Assembly (NCBI GenBank): GCA_951406725.2
Contig: OX597816.1
Location: 44,330,001 to 44,394,000 of the forward strand
DNA: 64,000 bases
Direction of reading: 5' to 3'
From: Octopus vulgaris
Lineage: Eukaryota
Under the pieces are notes generated by a model. The model was not told the origin of the DNA. It was given only the letters and a program-made list of their open reading frames with translations, and made no database searches. The stretch's first letter is position 1. Every line of letters begins with the position of its first letter. Of the stretch, positions 28,606 through 42,500 are shown piece after piece. Both the position numbers and the translations under genes were made by a program.

Positions 28606-28742
28606 ACAAATAAAGAATATATTGTCTTCGGAGATGCAATTTCGATTCCAGAAACTTCGGAATGGATATTCCTTATAATTTCCATTTATTTTCATCCTCT
28701 GTTTTAGTTTACACTGTTTAATATATGTTTTTTTTTACCAAA

Positions 28743-29200
28743 GGCGGCGATCTGGCAGAATCGTTAACGCGAAGTGCATAGTGTTCTCGTTGTATCTGCC
28801 TTTCCGTTCAAATACCTATTTCTTTACTACCCACAAGGGGCTAAACACAGAGGGGACACACAAAGACAGACATAGGTATTAAGTCGATTACATCGACCCC
28901 AGTGCGGAACTGGTACTTAATTTATCGACCCCGAAAGGATGAAAGGCAAAGTCAACCTCGGCGGAATTTGAACTCACAACGTAACGACAGACGAAATACC
29001 GCTAAACATTTCGCCCGGCGTGCTAACGTTTCTGCCATCTCGCCGCCTTTTTCCGTTCAAATACCGATGAGGTCGACTTTCCGTTTTTATCTTTTCGGAC
29101 TTAATGAAATACGTACCAGTTGAAGCACTGTGATCGATGTAATGGACTTATACTTTTCCCAGGAATTGCTGGCCTTGTTCCAACATTTCCAATCAATATT
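28743..29200. mobile_element. Old SINE B (+) with a young SINE B (-, 28817-29047) inserted, 16-bp TSD
   Basis: TTTCCGTTCAAATACC at 28801-28816 and 29050-29065; the old body resumes with GATGAGGTCGACTTT. Confidence 0.85.
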
Positions 29201-30029
29201 TGCTTTCCCCCAGGAATGCTGTTGTCAAGTAATTTATAATTTTTTAAATTTATTTTATTATATACCTATTCTTGCATTCAGAACATTCTGATTTATTTAT
29301 ATGTTTTTCTAAATTTCAGTTGATTTTTTGGGGGGTTTCTTTTGTCTGTTTTTGAATTATGATTTCTTTGTAATTATTATCTCCCTGTGAAATAAAGACG
29401 TAACACTTCTACGTGTCGAATCTTTCCTTCAAAGATGATTGATATAAACGGTCATACTGGAAGTAATATGTTATTAGATGCTTGTTTCTAATTTATTACA
29501 ATTCTTACACCAACCTCTCTTACTAACTGAAATTTCAATAACATTCCAGTATTCGTGTATCAGACCCCAAAAACGTTTCAGCTTTGAGTTCAAACAGCTT
29601 TCATATTTTGTAATAAATTGGTTTATATTTTGATTCAATGCCTCAAACATATAAGGTGGAGTGTGTGTTTTTCTACCTCCTGCTGGTAGGTGGTCAATAT
29701 ATTTGTTGTTCTGTTTAATATTCCGCAGAGGGAGAAAAACCATAAGACGATTAGAAAAGTCTATGCATGAGAGGAGGAGGTGAAATGAAGACTGGAATAG
29801 TGTTCGGAGATAGTGTTATATGGTTTACTAGTTCAGAGGTACGAGAACTATGTTTACAGCGATAGGGCATCTGGGAAAGGGAAAGGGAGGAAGGGTCAGA
29901 GATAGGAGCAGGACATGGGCCAGCTTACATTAATTTTAATTTGCTGTTGAAGTAACATTTTCATTAGGTAGTTAATTTTTTTCACAGGCTAATGAAAATA
30001 TGTTACATGTAACAAAGTAAACCAGTAAT

Positions 30030-30410
30030 ATTAGTTTCAAATTTTGGCACAAGGCCAGTAATTTCGGGGGGAAGGAAGTCATTTACATCTACTCCAGTGT
30101 TCAACGACGCCGAATGGATGAAAGGCAAACTGGACCTCGGCGGAATTTGAACTCAGAACGTAAAGACGGACGAAATGTCTATTTCTTTACTACCTACAAG
30201 GGGCTAAACATAGAGTGGACAAACAAGGTCAGACAAAGGGATTAAGTCGATTACATCGACCCCAGTGCGTAACTGGTACTTAATTTATCGACCCCGAAAG
30301 GATGAAAGGCAAAGTCGACCTCGGCGGAATTTTAACTCAGAACGTAACGGCGGGCGAAATACCGCTAAGCATTTCGCCCGGCGTGCAAACGATTCTGCCA
30401 GCTCGCCGCC
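30030..30410 (-). mobile_element. SINE B dimer: young copy joined to a headless old-tail body
   Basis: Junction GACGAAATGTC|TATTTC at about 30172-30185; diverged flanking repeat AAGTAA.C.A.TAATATTA on both sides. Confidence 0.8.
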
Positions 30411-30733
30411 TTAAGTAATCTACTAATATTAATCATAGTTGCATTCCCACTCTAGGTTTTTGCCCAATGACTTTAAGGCGTCTAGCAGAAATTAAAAAAG
30501 AATACTATCTATGGTAGACTGGCTATACAACGGCACCGAGTGTCATCTCTGACATTGGGAGGAGATGAATGCTACCAAGATCATCAAGCCCAATTAAATA
30601 CATTAATGAGAAATATAGCAATGCGTGATACTGTCGTAACCCGGACGAAATGGTACGGAAATCTCCATATCGAGAGGGGTTGAAATGATTGGTAGAAATG
30701 CACAAAAATATTTTAACAAATAACAAATATATA

Positions 30734-31145
30734 GGCGCAGGAGTGGCTGTGTGGTAAGTAGCTGGCTTACCAGCCTCATGGTTCCGGGTTCAGTCGCACT
30801 GCGTGGCACCTTGAGCAAGTGTCGTCTACTATAGCCTCGGGCCGATCAAAGCCTTGTGAGTGGATTTGGTAGATGGAAACTGAAAGAAGCCCGTCCTATA
30901 TATGTATATATATATATATATGTGCGTGTATGTTTGTGCTCCTGTGTTTGTGCCCCTAGCATTGCTTGACAACCGATGCTGGTGTGTTTATGTCCCCGTC
31001 ACTTAGCAGTTCGGCAAAAGAGACCGATAGAATAAGTACTGGGCTTACAAAGAATAAGTGCCGGGGTCGAGTTGCTCGATTAAAGGCGGTGCTCCAGCAT
31101 GGCCGCAGTCAAATGACTGAAACAAGTGAAAGAGTAAAGAGTAAG
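30734..31145 (+). mobile_element. SINE family A, full-length
   Basis: Head-to-tail match. Confidence 0.9.
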
Positions 31146-31624
31146 GGTAACAGGAATCTCCACAGCAGAAACATTGAAGGGGAAGACTTGATTTGGTATA
31201 ATCTGGGAAGTTAGGTTTGCTGCAGTTATTTAACCCCGAAGCAGATCTATGACAAAATGTGTGGCAATTGTGACGATCATGTTTATTTTTCTAAACTATA
31301 TTGTCCAGTGTGACCTTTCATTTCGTTTCCGTCCTGGGGACGTATCCTGCCCAGCATTGATGCGACTTCAGCAGCGTGGTTCAGATACTAGTGATCTATA
31401 CCTGTTTAAGGATTTCAAAATTTGTGAAGAAATCTCTCCGGTGGATATTGGGAATTGCTGAGGCAGCGCTGGTGGAAGTGCCAGAGGAGTCGTAGATGGT
31501 GGCGCTAAGTGACGCACTACTCTGAACCATGTACGAGTATGGCTCTGTACACGCTTTTGTACACTGTGTGTGTGTGTATGTTTTTTTTCTATGTGTCTGT
31601 ATGTGTGTGTACATTCATTGACAG

Positions 31625-31626
31625 AG

Positions 31627-31725
<99 letters not shown>

Positions 31726-31817
31726 TAGATAATAGACAGACAGACAGACAGACAGACAGATAGATACATAGATGGATGGATGGACGGACGGACAGATAGA
31801 CAGACAGACAGACAGAC

Positions 31818-31894
<77 letters not shown>
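31625..31894. repeat. (GACA)n/(GATA)n array
   Basis: Direct reading. Confidence 0.95.
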
Positions 31895-32860
<966 letters not shown>

Positions 32861-33125
32861 TAGATGGATGGAGATGTCATCCTCGGTACGTGAGAACCAA
32901 GGGATTCAATCTGTTAGTAAGCGCAATCTATCGACCAGATTTCAATTCCCAATTCGGTTAATTCACAAGAGTATACAATTTTGTTGTGAATATTGTCGAA
33001 AACAAGCATACCTGTCTTGTTCATTGCTTGTAACCAACAGAACTAATCCCGCCATCGCAGAATAACATTTGTTACCAAAACTGCGTAACAAAATTCCATA
33101 ATATGTTATCATGTTTCAAGATATA

Positions 33126-33535
33126 TACTCTTTACTCTTTTACTTGTTTCAGTCATTTGACTGCTGCCATGCTGGAGCACCGCCTTTAATCGAGCAACTC
33201 GACCCCGGGACTTATTCTTTTGTAAGCCCAGTACTTATTCTATCGGTCTTTTTTGCCGAATCGCTAAGTGACGGGGATGCAAATACACCAGCATCGGTTG
33301 TCAAGCAATGCTAGGGGGACAAACACAGACACACAAACACACACACGCATATATATATATATATACATATATACGATAGGCTTCTTTCCGTCTCCGTCTG
33401 CCAAATCCACTCACAAGGCTTTGGTCGGCCCGATGCTATAGTGGAAGACACTTGCCCAAGGTGCCACGCAGTGGGACTGAACTCGGAACCATGTGGTTGG
33501 TAAACAAGCTACTTACCACACAGCCACTCATTTGC
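33126..33535 (-). mobile_element. SINE family A
   Basis: Head-to-tail match. Confidence 0.9.
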
Positions 33536-34072
33536 CTATAAATATGTATATATATTCAAAGAAAATACATTTTACACACAGCTTTCTTTTATGCTCCTCT
33601 TCACATTTTATTTTTCATCACTTAACACTTTCGAAATAGATCCAAAATTCAACTTTTCTCTGTTGTTGTGTAATTTAGTTTGAAAAATGTTTCTCGCTCT
33701 TGTGATAATATCAATATATTCTATATGCTTCAACACCAAAGTAAAAGTCTCTTTGTAATGTTTCCACGCCAATGTTATGAGATTATCTAACGATAAACTG
33801 AGTTTTCATGCCAAACTATGACTACATAACGAAAGAATAGTCGCGATAGCATGTAGTGGATGTAGGTAGCTTGCTTTTGGTGAGCACGGTAAGAAGTGCG
33901 TGTGAGTCACAACAATAAATATAGTAGTAGATTGTGTGATGAGAAACGTGTCAAAAGAATGTTCTGTGTAGATAATACGTTTTTGGTTTTGTGATATATA
34001 TAGATGAGCAAAAAGAAAACTGTATCCGTGATATAGGTTTTAATCCTTTGACCTTCTATTCTTCAAAAACGG

Positions 34073-34352
34073 TTTTGTGAATATTATGAATGTCATAGTA
34101 CCACATTTCCCGTTTCTTCATAATTGTGGAAACTAGTTTATAATCGAATAAAAGCGAATTTGATCAAATTTGGTAGGATCCTCACTGGTTCTGGTAGAAC
34201 GAAGTAAAATAACTGTATGTTCAAGCACACAGGTAAATTCACGGTTCCGGGTTCAGTCCCACTACGTGGCACCTTGGGCAAGTTATTATAGCCTCGAGTC
34301 GACCAAATCCTTGAGAATGGATTTGGTTGACGAAACTGGAAGAAACCCGTCG

Positions 34353-34408
<56 letters not shown>

Positions 34409-34987
34409 CAAAATGGGACAAGAACGCAAAACATTCAAATAGACGACACAAAAAAAACGGACGGGTCATTCGAAGCCTCTAATCTTCAGTCAAGAACCGG
34501 ATCATCCTCGCAATTTCGGCTGATTAATCTTGAGATCGCTCCGATCCGGCCAGCCCTAAGGAAAAACTAAGCTACGAGCATTAGATTTCTTGGAAAAAGG
34601 ATCGAATGTATACGAAACAAGGACAGAAAAACGGACGATGCCACACGAATATAAATACAAAAAACAATAATAATAATAACAGGACAAAAACAACAGGTGT
34701 CTTTCGACTTTAGACAGTTCAACTTAGCTTAGCTGGCGTATTGGGAAAATAATGCCTTACAGCAGACGAAGAAATCGATGTTGTCGTGATGGTGCTCAGA
34801 AGCCGAAAGGCTAGTTGACCGGTGGTCACGTGAGAAGAGAAAAGAGAGAAAAAAGGGCAAAGGAATCAAAGAGAGAGAGAGAGAAAGAGGGACAAAGGCA
34901 CCAAAGAGTGGGGAAGAGAGAGAAAGAAGGAATTAAGGAGGGGAGAAGAAAGAGAGCGTGCCAAGATATATATGTGTGTGTGTGTAT

Positions 34988-35045
<58 letters not shown>

Positions 35046-35285
35046 GTGTGACAATTATTTGGTTGCCAAAAAAAAACTCCGAGTTTCGGATGTCTGATGT
35101 CTTGGCGGAAATCTGCTCCGGCATGTCGTTAGATTTCAAAGCAATCAAAAAATGCTATGATAACGACCGTTAAATAAAGTGTTTTGTGAATATTATGAAT
35201 GTCATAGTACCATATTTCCCGTCTCTACATAATTGTGGAAACTAGTTTATAATCGAATAAAAGTGAATTAGATCAAATTTGGTAG
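34073..35285 (+). repeat. Direct repeat pair of about 103 bp (34073-34175 and 35182-35285)
   Basis: TTTTGTGAATATTATGAATGTCATAGTACCA...GATCAAATTTGGTAG present twice with few mismatches. Confidence 0.85.
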
Positions 35286-35302
35286 TTTCGTCACAGAGAT
35301 AA

Positions 35303-35452
35303 GTTGGTCTCACAGAGGGAAATTTTAAAGCCAGGTTCAACAATCACGCGTTGAGTTTCAGGCACTGGGATAAAAGAAAAGCGACCAAATTATCCAGTCA
35401 TATATGGTCCTTAAAAGATAAAGGTGTCAGTTACAACATCCATCGGAAAATG
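35303..35452 (+). mobile_element. Penelope-like GIY-YIG endonuclease fragment
   Basis: Translation VGLTEGNFKARFNNHALSFRHWDKRKATKLSSHIWSLKDKGVSYNIHRK matches the YIG..F..R...H...F pattern of PLE endonucleases. Confidence 0.75.
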
Positions 35453-35733
35453 AATGGAAAATTCGACCTCGGCAGAATTTGAATTCTGAACATCAAGACA
35501 GATGAAATGCCTATTTCTTTACTACCCACAAGGGGCTAAACACAGGGAGAACAAACAAGGACAAACAAACGGATTAAGTCGATTATATCGACCCCAGTGC
35601 GTAACTGGTACTTATTTAATCGACCCCGAAAGGATGAAAGGCAAAGTCGACCTCTGCGGAATTTGAACTCAGAACGTAACGGCAGACGAAATACGGCTAC
35701 GCATTTCGCAAACGTTTCTGCCAGCTCGCCACC
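35453..35733 (-). mobile_element. Young SINE B joined to a short old body
   Basis: Junction GATGAAATGCC|TATTTC at about 35501-35517. Confidence 0.8.
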
Positions 35734-36259
35734 TTATAAAGGCAGAAATATAGACGTCACTAAAATGCCTAAGGGCACTAATCAGTACCTTTATTGCTAG
35801 AAATAGAAGTTAAAACAATTCAATAGCCACGAAAAGGATTGACAAGGGAGGCAAGCTCTCTACAGCAGCGGGCATAGTCAAATCATCGATGATTTCACAC
35901 TTCCTTTAATACTCATTAGTGGCTCTCACTGCGCCTAGGGTTAAACTCAAATCGCCTTTTTCAGTTTCCTTTGAAATCACACGCTGATTTCATAAACAGT
36001 AAAAGTGAAAGGTATAAGTAATATGTGTGACTTATTCGCAATTTTACAGTGAAAATTATATGTACATATACTTTATATAAAGTAGGTATATTTTACTATT
36101 TATATGCAAGACATTCACGAAGTCAGTATTTACCTCCCCGCTATTGTTTTATAAAACTAAATTTCAGTAATTTTGTTCGGCTGTTTTGTTTGTTTCTATT
36201 ATAAACCGGCTATTACTTTAGAGTAAGAATTCAGCTAATTATAAATCGCTGTATATTTA

Positions 36260-36260
36260 T

Positions 36261-36341
<81 letters not shown>

Positions 36342-36397
36342 CTTACAAACATACATACAAAAATATATAGATATATATATACATATACATATATATA

Positions 36398-36464
<67 letters not shown>

Positions 36465-36739
36465 GTGTGTGTATATTTGTTATCTCAAATTCAATGAAAG
36501 CATCTTGATTCGGGGCAGGAGACCATTTTTTTTTTTTATTTTAGTCATTTGTTTTTGTTTATTGAAGAGTAATCGAAAAGTAAGACTCTCTATATAATAC
36601 AAACATATGTTTATTTAATTATACACGCAATTACGAACGTGTATGTAGATATAATGTAAATCAATCCACGTGATGAGATCAGTATATATTCATGTTCGAT
36701 GTATGTACCTGTGTGTATGTGTGTGTGTGTGTATATATG

Positions 36740-36782
<43 letters not shown>

Positions 36783-37247
36783 TTGACGTTGGGTTTATAT
36801 AAATATATCTATGTATGTATTATGTGTATTTTGTATGTATTATGTATGTATAATGCGTATCTTACGGATATGTCTGCATGTGTGTTCATATGCATACCAC
36901 TGTGTGTGTGTGTATGAACATGTATGTATGTGTGTATGGATGTATATATATGCATGTATGTATGTATGCATGTATAAATAAGTATATGTGTATATATAAA
37001 TATATATATTCATATATATATGTGTGTGTGTGTGTACATATATGTGCGTGTGTGTACATATATGTGCGTGTTTGTGTGTACATATATGTGCGTGTTTGTG
37101 TGTGTATATTTGTGTGTTCATGTATGTGTATGCGTGTGTGTATGCATGTATGTGCGTGTGTTATGTGTGTACGTGCGTGTGTGTATGTGTGTACGTGCGT
37201 GTGTGTTTGTGTGTGTGTGTGTGTGTGTTTGTGTGTGTGTTTGTATG

Positions 37248-37324
<77 letters not shown>

Positions 37325-37326
37325 GT
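36260..37326. repeat. Extended (CA)/(TA)/(TG) microsatellite region
   Basis: Direct reading. Confidence 0.85.
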
Positions 37327-37698
37327 TTCCTTCTATTCACGCTGGCTTGAAGTAAATAGTTTCGTGACCGATAGAAACAGTGGCGCCGGGAAAGTTGGTG
37401 ACTCTTCTCAATTAAGATGACTAGATCGATGAAGAAACACTGTGTCTTGTTTTCCCTCCTTCCTGCCTCATGCCCGCTTTGATGGTTCTCTGTGTGGGAG
37501 CGACGGCCGTGGAAGAGGATAGCCTCCAGTTTAGCTGGTCGGACGTCGATGGCGGGTCGGTGGGTTGGTCTGCTTGTTACTTCTCATTTTGTGCTACCGT
37601 CAGTGTTTGCGGATATGTGTTTCTTTCCGACGCTCTCTCGCCTTTTTTCTCCATCTCCCTCTCTTATCCCCTCTCTTTTTCTGTCTCTCTTTCGCCCA

Positions 37699-37744
<46 letters not shown>

Positions 37745-38020
37745 TTAGTATGTGTGTGATCTAAATATTTTTGTGGTCTTACTGTTATTACCATGCCTGA
37801 GTAGTAATATGTGCGAGTTTCCTTGCGCACCTATGAATGTGTCACTGTATGTGTGTGGTTGAGTTACTGCAAATATGTGTTTGTGGTTTTGTGTGAACTG
37901 TGTAGTTGTGTATTTTTTGAAACGTGTATTTGAATGCTACCATAAAACTTTGGACATAATTAGCTGCGTGTCATAGGAGTTAGAAATCTATAATTACATT
38001 ATATATATATATATATATAT

Positions 38021-38266
38021 AACAATGATAAATCTCAGAGCGAGTTATAAACAGTAGCGGTAACACATCGTGATGCATATATGCCATTTGAATATGGCTA
38101 ACCCATAAGGGTGGATGCTACTGTAGTTTGTAGCCCCAGGAAGATACTTCCTCCAGCTGGCTACAGATAGTGTGTCTATAGCCAGCTGGAGGAGGTATCT
38201 TCCTGGGGCTACAAACTACAGTAGCATCCACCCTTATGGGTTAGCCATATTCAAATGGCATATATG

Positions 38267-38271
<5 letters not shown>
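38021..38271. mobile_element. Asymmetric foldback element, copy 1
   Basis: Arms of about 97 bp at 38071-38167 and 38175-38271, 7-nt loop, 50-bp one-sided extension, flanked by (TA)n; homolog at 59890-60221. Confidence 0.8.
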
Positions 38272-38309
<38 letters not shown>

Positions 38310-38311
<2 letters not shown>

Positions 38312-38469
38312 CGCGGGCGTGGCTGTGTGGTTAGAAGCTTACTTGTTAGCCATATGGTTCTGAGTTCAGTCCCAGTTCGTGGCACCTTGTTTAAGTGCCC
38401 TCTACTGTAACGTCGGACCTACCAGAGACTTGGGAATGGATTTGGTAGACGGAAACAGAAAGAAGCCCG

Positions 38470-38509
<40 letters not shown>

Positions 38510-39184
38510 CTTTGTGTCTATGGCTGCCTCCATCACCGATTGGTCATGGATGTTGGTGCGTTTACGTCCACGTAACTTAATATCTCGGCAAAAGTGACGG
38601 ACAGATTAAGTACTAGGCTTACAAAGTAAGTCCTGGGGTCCATTTGTTCAGCTAAGACCATTCAAGGTGGTGCTCCTGCAGGGACGCAGTCGAATGGCTG
38701 AAACAAGTAAAACAGTAAATTGAATATATACATATATTGTAGGTGCAGGAGTGGCTGTATGGTAAGTAGCTTGCTTACCAACCACATGGTTCCAGGTTCA
38801 GTTCCATTGCATGGCACCTTGGGCAAATGTTCTCTACTATAGCCTCGGGCTGACCAAAGCCTTGTTAGTGGATTTGGTACACGGAAACAATAAGAAGCCC
38901 ATCGTATATGTGTGTGTGTGTGTCTGTGTGTGTTTGTACTCCAAAATCGCTTAACAACCTGCGCTGGCGTGTTTACGTCGTCTGGCGTGTTTACGGCGTC
39001 CGGCGTGCTTACGCCGTCTGGCGTGTTTACGTCGTCTGGGGTGTTTACGTCGCCTGGCGTGTTTACGTCGTCTGGTGTGTTTACATCTTCTGGCGTGTTT
39101 ACGTCGTCTGGCGTGTTTACGTAGCGGCTCGGCAAAAGAAACGGATAGAATAAATACTAGGCATACAAAGAATAAGACCTGGGG

Positions 39185-39188
<4 letters not shown>
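38310..39188 (+). mobile_element. Two head-to-tail SINE A copies (38310-38715; 38741-39188, tail truncated)
   Basis: Family A head and body motifs. Confidence 0.85.
38963..39124. repeat. 18-bp minisatellite, 9 copies, inside SINE A
   Basis: Unit TCTGGCGTGTTTACGTCG derives from the SINE A motif GCTGGTGTGTTTACGTCC. Confidence 0.9.
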
Positions 39189-39270
<82 letters not shown>

Positions 39271-39377
39271 TATGTCGGTATGTACATATATGTATGTATA
39301 TAGGCATATATTTATATATTATCTATATTATACATACACAGACACACACAAACACACACACACATACACACACACAC

Positions 39378-39444
<67 letters not shown>

Positions 39445-39447
<3 letters not shown>

Positions 39448-39711
39448 GGTCCCGGGTTGATTCGGGGTTAACCACAGTAAATAAGGTACTCAATACATAG
39501 CAGAGTAAAATTAATTTATTATATAGAAGGAGCTTCTACAGGACTAGAACTGTTTCATTCAAGAGAAATCGGGTTGATTCGGGGTTAACCACAGAAGTAC
39601 TTCCGAGTAAAATTAATTTATTATATAGAAGATTTCTCTTGAAATCAGGAAGCTTCCTGAAGATTTCTCTTGAATGAAACAGTTCTAGTCCTGTAGAAGC
39701 TCCTTCTATAT

Positions 39712-39716
<5 letters not shown>
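39445..39716. mobile_element. Penelope-like rearranged terminal repeat (direct plus inverted segments) in (TA)n
   Basis: Direct repeats 39453-39477/39570-39594 and 39503-39529/39605-39631; inverted repeat of about 55 bp 39516-39570/39662-39716. Confidence 0.65.
39651..39701 (+). ncRNA. Predicted type I hammerhead ribozyme
   Basis: AGCUUC-CUGAAGA-U-UUC(UCUU)GAA-U-GAA-ACAG(UUCUAGUC)CUGU-A^GAAGCU: 6-bp helix I, intact core, 4-bp helix III, GUA cleavage triplet; helix II is weak with a U-U at its base. Confidence 0.65.
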
Positions 39717-39763
<47 letters not shown>

Positions 39764-40179
39764 GCACATACATATACCCACATATAAGATTCCTTGCATG
39801 TGCACAGTTCAAAGTTACGTTATTACAATGCCATTAAACATCTCAATGAAACGGGTGGTTTGGTTGTTAGGACACGACCCATGACTGACTGATCGCAAAC
39901 AATGTCGCAGGACTATGAAGAAACGACTAAATTTTGCCGACTCAAACTGAGTGAAACAAACAGGACAAGAGAAAGAAAAGATAAGAAAATGTCCCAATGC
40001 ACCAGGACTACCATAGATATTCTACCGTACTTGCGGTTAGGAGTGTGTCAATACATTATTTTAACAATCTCTCGAAAGAGTAAAATAATGATGCAGATTG
40101 CTTATCATATAGAAAAAATCGTCTCCACTTCACGAATGACAGCGTATATACAGTGTATGTGGTATTGCTCTGTTAAATA

Positions 40180-40582
40180 TATTTCTTTATTGCCCGCAGG
40201 GGGTTAAAAATAAAGGGGCTAAACAAGGGGATTAAGACGATTATATCATCCCCAGTGATTAACTGGTACTTATTTAATCGACCCCGAAAAGTTGAAAGGC
40301 AAAGTCGACCTCGGCGGAATTCAAACTCAGAAGGTAACGGCAGACGAATACCTATTTCTTTATTACCCACAAGGGGCTAAACATAGAGGGGACGAACAAG
40401 GACAGACATAGGTATTAAGTCGTTTACATTGACCCCAGTGCGTAACTGGTACTTATTTAATCGACCCCGAAATGATGAAAGGCAAAGTGGACCTTGGCGG
40501 AATTCGAACTCAGAACGTAACGGTAGACGAAATACCGCTACGCATTTCGCCCGGCGTGCTAACGTTTCTGCCAGCTCGCGGC
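40180..40582 (-). mobile_element. SINE B tandem dimer
   Basis: Junction GACGAATACC|TATTTC at about 40343-40358; single head at the right end. Confidence 0.85.
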
Positions 40583-41048
40583 TACCTCTATTGCCCGGTT
40601 AGCTGACACTGTATGTATAGACACAGGTAAAAACTTGCCTGCATATCTATAGCAAGAGAAGTTCTAAAACTATGTTGGTATTTCATCCTGGACTGAGTAA
40701 CTTCTTTATCCATGATAAATAATGGAATCTGTCATCTATACACGTATTGATACGTATAAAGGAAAGGTGATATTAGTATCATGATGATGATGATATCAAC
40801 AGTTAATGATCATTATAACGATGAGGAGGAAGAGGCGGAAGAGGAAAAGGCAGAGGTGGAGGTTAAGAAAGAGTAGGAGAATTGATAACATTCACATTAT
40901 CACACACGCGCGCGTGCACACTCAGAAAACACACACAAACACACACTTATGCGTGCGTTATATTTATGTTTTATACATAATCTAATGACTGTTAGTAAGC
41001 CGAAATTCGACAGCCACTTTCAACTATCTTCCTCAGAAAATAAATATA

Positions 41049-41390
41049 GGGGCAGGAGTGGCTGTGTGGTAAGTAGCTTGTTTGCCAACCACATGGTTCC
41101 GTGTTCAGTCCCACTGCGTGGCACCTTGGGTAAGTGTCTTCTACTATAGCCTCGGGCTGTGAGTGATTTTGGTAGACGGAAACTGAAAGAAACCCGTCGT
41201 ATATATGTATATATGACAACCGATGCTGGTGTGTTTATGTCCCCGTTACTTAGCGGTTCGGCAAAAGAGACCGATAGATTAAGTACTGGGCTTACAAAAG
41301 CATTAGTCCCAGGGTCGAGTTGCTCGATTAAAGGCGGTGCTCCAGCATGGCCGCAGTCAAATGACTGAAACAAGTAAAAGAGTAAAAGAA
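41049..41390 (+). mobile_element. SINE A with internal deletions
   Basis: Head and tail intact; (TG)n segment missing. Confidence 0.85.
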
Positions 41391-41528
41391 TATATGTACG
41401 CTATTAAAAAGTATTGAGATCCTTCAATTAAATGCTAAATTGCTTTATACATACCTTTGCATAAAGAAATGCAAACTCTATTGTGTGCTTGTTCGTCTGT
41501 GTGTGTCGCTCTCTGTTTCTGTCCATTT

Positions 41529-41597
<69 letters not shown>

Positions 41598-42144
41598 TGT
41601 GTGCGTGTATGTACTTCAATCTATATTCGCGCTTGGCACCTAAGGAGGTGAAATTTTGCTTAGCTTAGCGGCACATCATATTTTCAATCGGATGTCATAG
41701 GTGGTTGCTCTGATACATTCTAAAACACACAATAAAATAAAATAAATAAAATCAAAATCAAATTTTTTAAATTAAAAATATTTAAATTTATTAATAATGA
41801 AAAATGAATGTACAGTTACGGCAGACGGAAATTGTTTTTGCAACGCAGGATATGCATTTTATATGAATAAATATTGATTTTATATATTAAAAGTCTTAAA
41901 TGTGAATAATAGATGTTACACTTATTAATAAACATCAATTTTGTTGGCTTATTTTGTGTGTAATTTCATGAAGTTGTAGTAGAACAACCTTCAAAATTGT
42001 TACGATACAGCAGTTCTGCGATGAACCAACATTCACTGTCAGGATTATATTTTGAAGTAATTTATTTAGAATTTCAGTGAAATCATGTGGTTGTTTTTAC
42101 TTTAAGTATTAATAGCCAACCAGGACTCGCTCACTGCAGTTTAA

Positions 42145-42227
<83 letters not shown>

Positions 42228-42289
42228 ATAGATTAGTCAATGTATATTTTATAATCTAGGACGTTGGCAGTTGTATATGCTATAATCTA

Positions 42290-42500
42290 GGAGCTGGCTG
42301 AATCGTCAGTACGCCAGACAAATATTTAGCGGGTATTTCGTCTGTTTTGACATTCTGAGCTCATATACCCCTGAGGTTGACTTACCCTTTCATCCTTTCG
42401 GGGAGATAAAATAAGTACCAGTTGAGTACTGGGGTGAATGTAATCGACTTACCGCATATCCCGAACTAGGTGGCCTTGTCCTAAAATTTGAAATCAATAA
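42290..42500 (+). mobile_element. Old SINE B (alternative tail)
   Basis: Core GAGGTTGACTTACCCTTTCATCCTTTCGGGG; tail GGCCTTGTCCTAAAATTTGAAA; TAATCTAGGA on both flanks. Confidence 0.75.

Noticed and set aside
34455-34500. Hammerhead motifs at about 34470 (-) and about 56908 (+)
   Set aside because: Only partial cores (CTGAAGA...GAAT; CTGATGT...GAAAC) without convincing helices
38662-39153. DVNTPD repeat protein or CRISPR-like array
   Set aside because: Contiguous 18-bp units with no spacers, derived from a SINE motif; no cas genes; eukaryotic context
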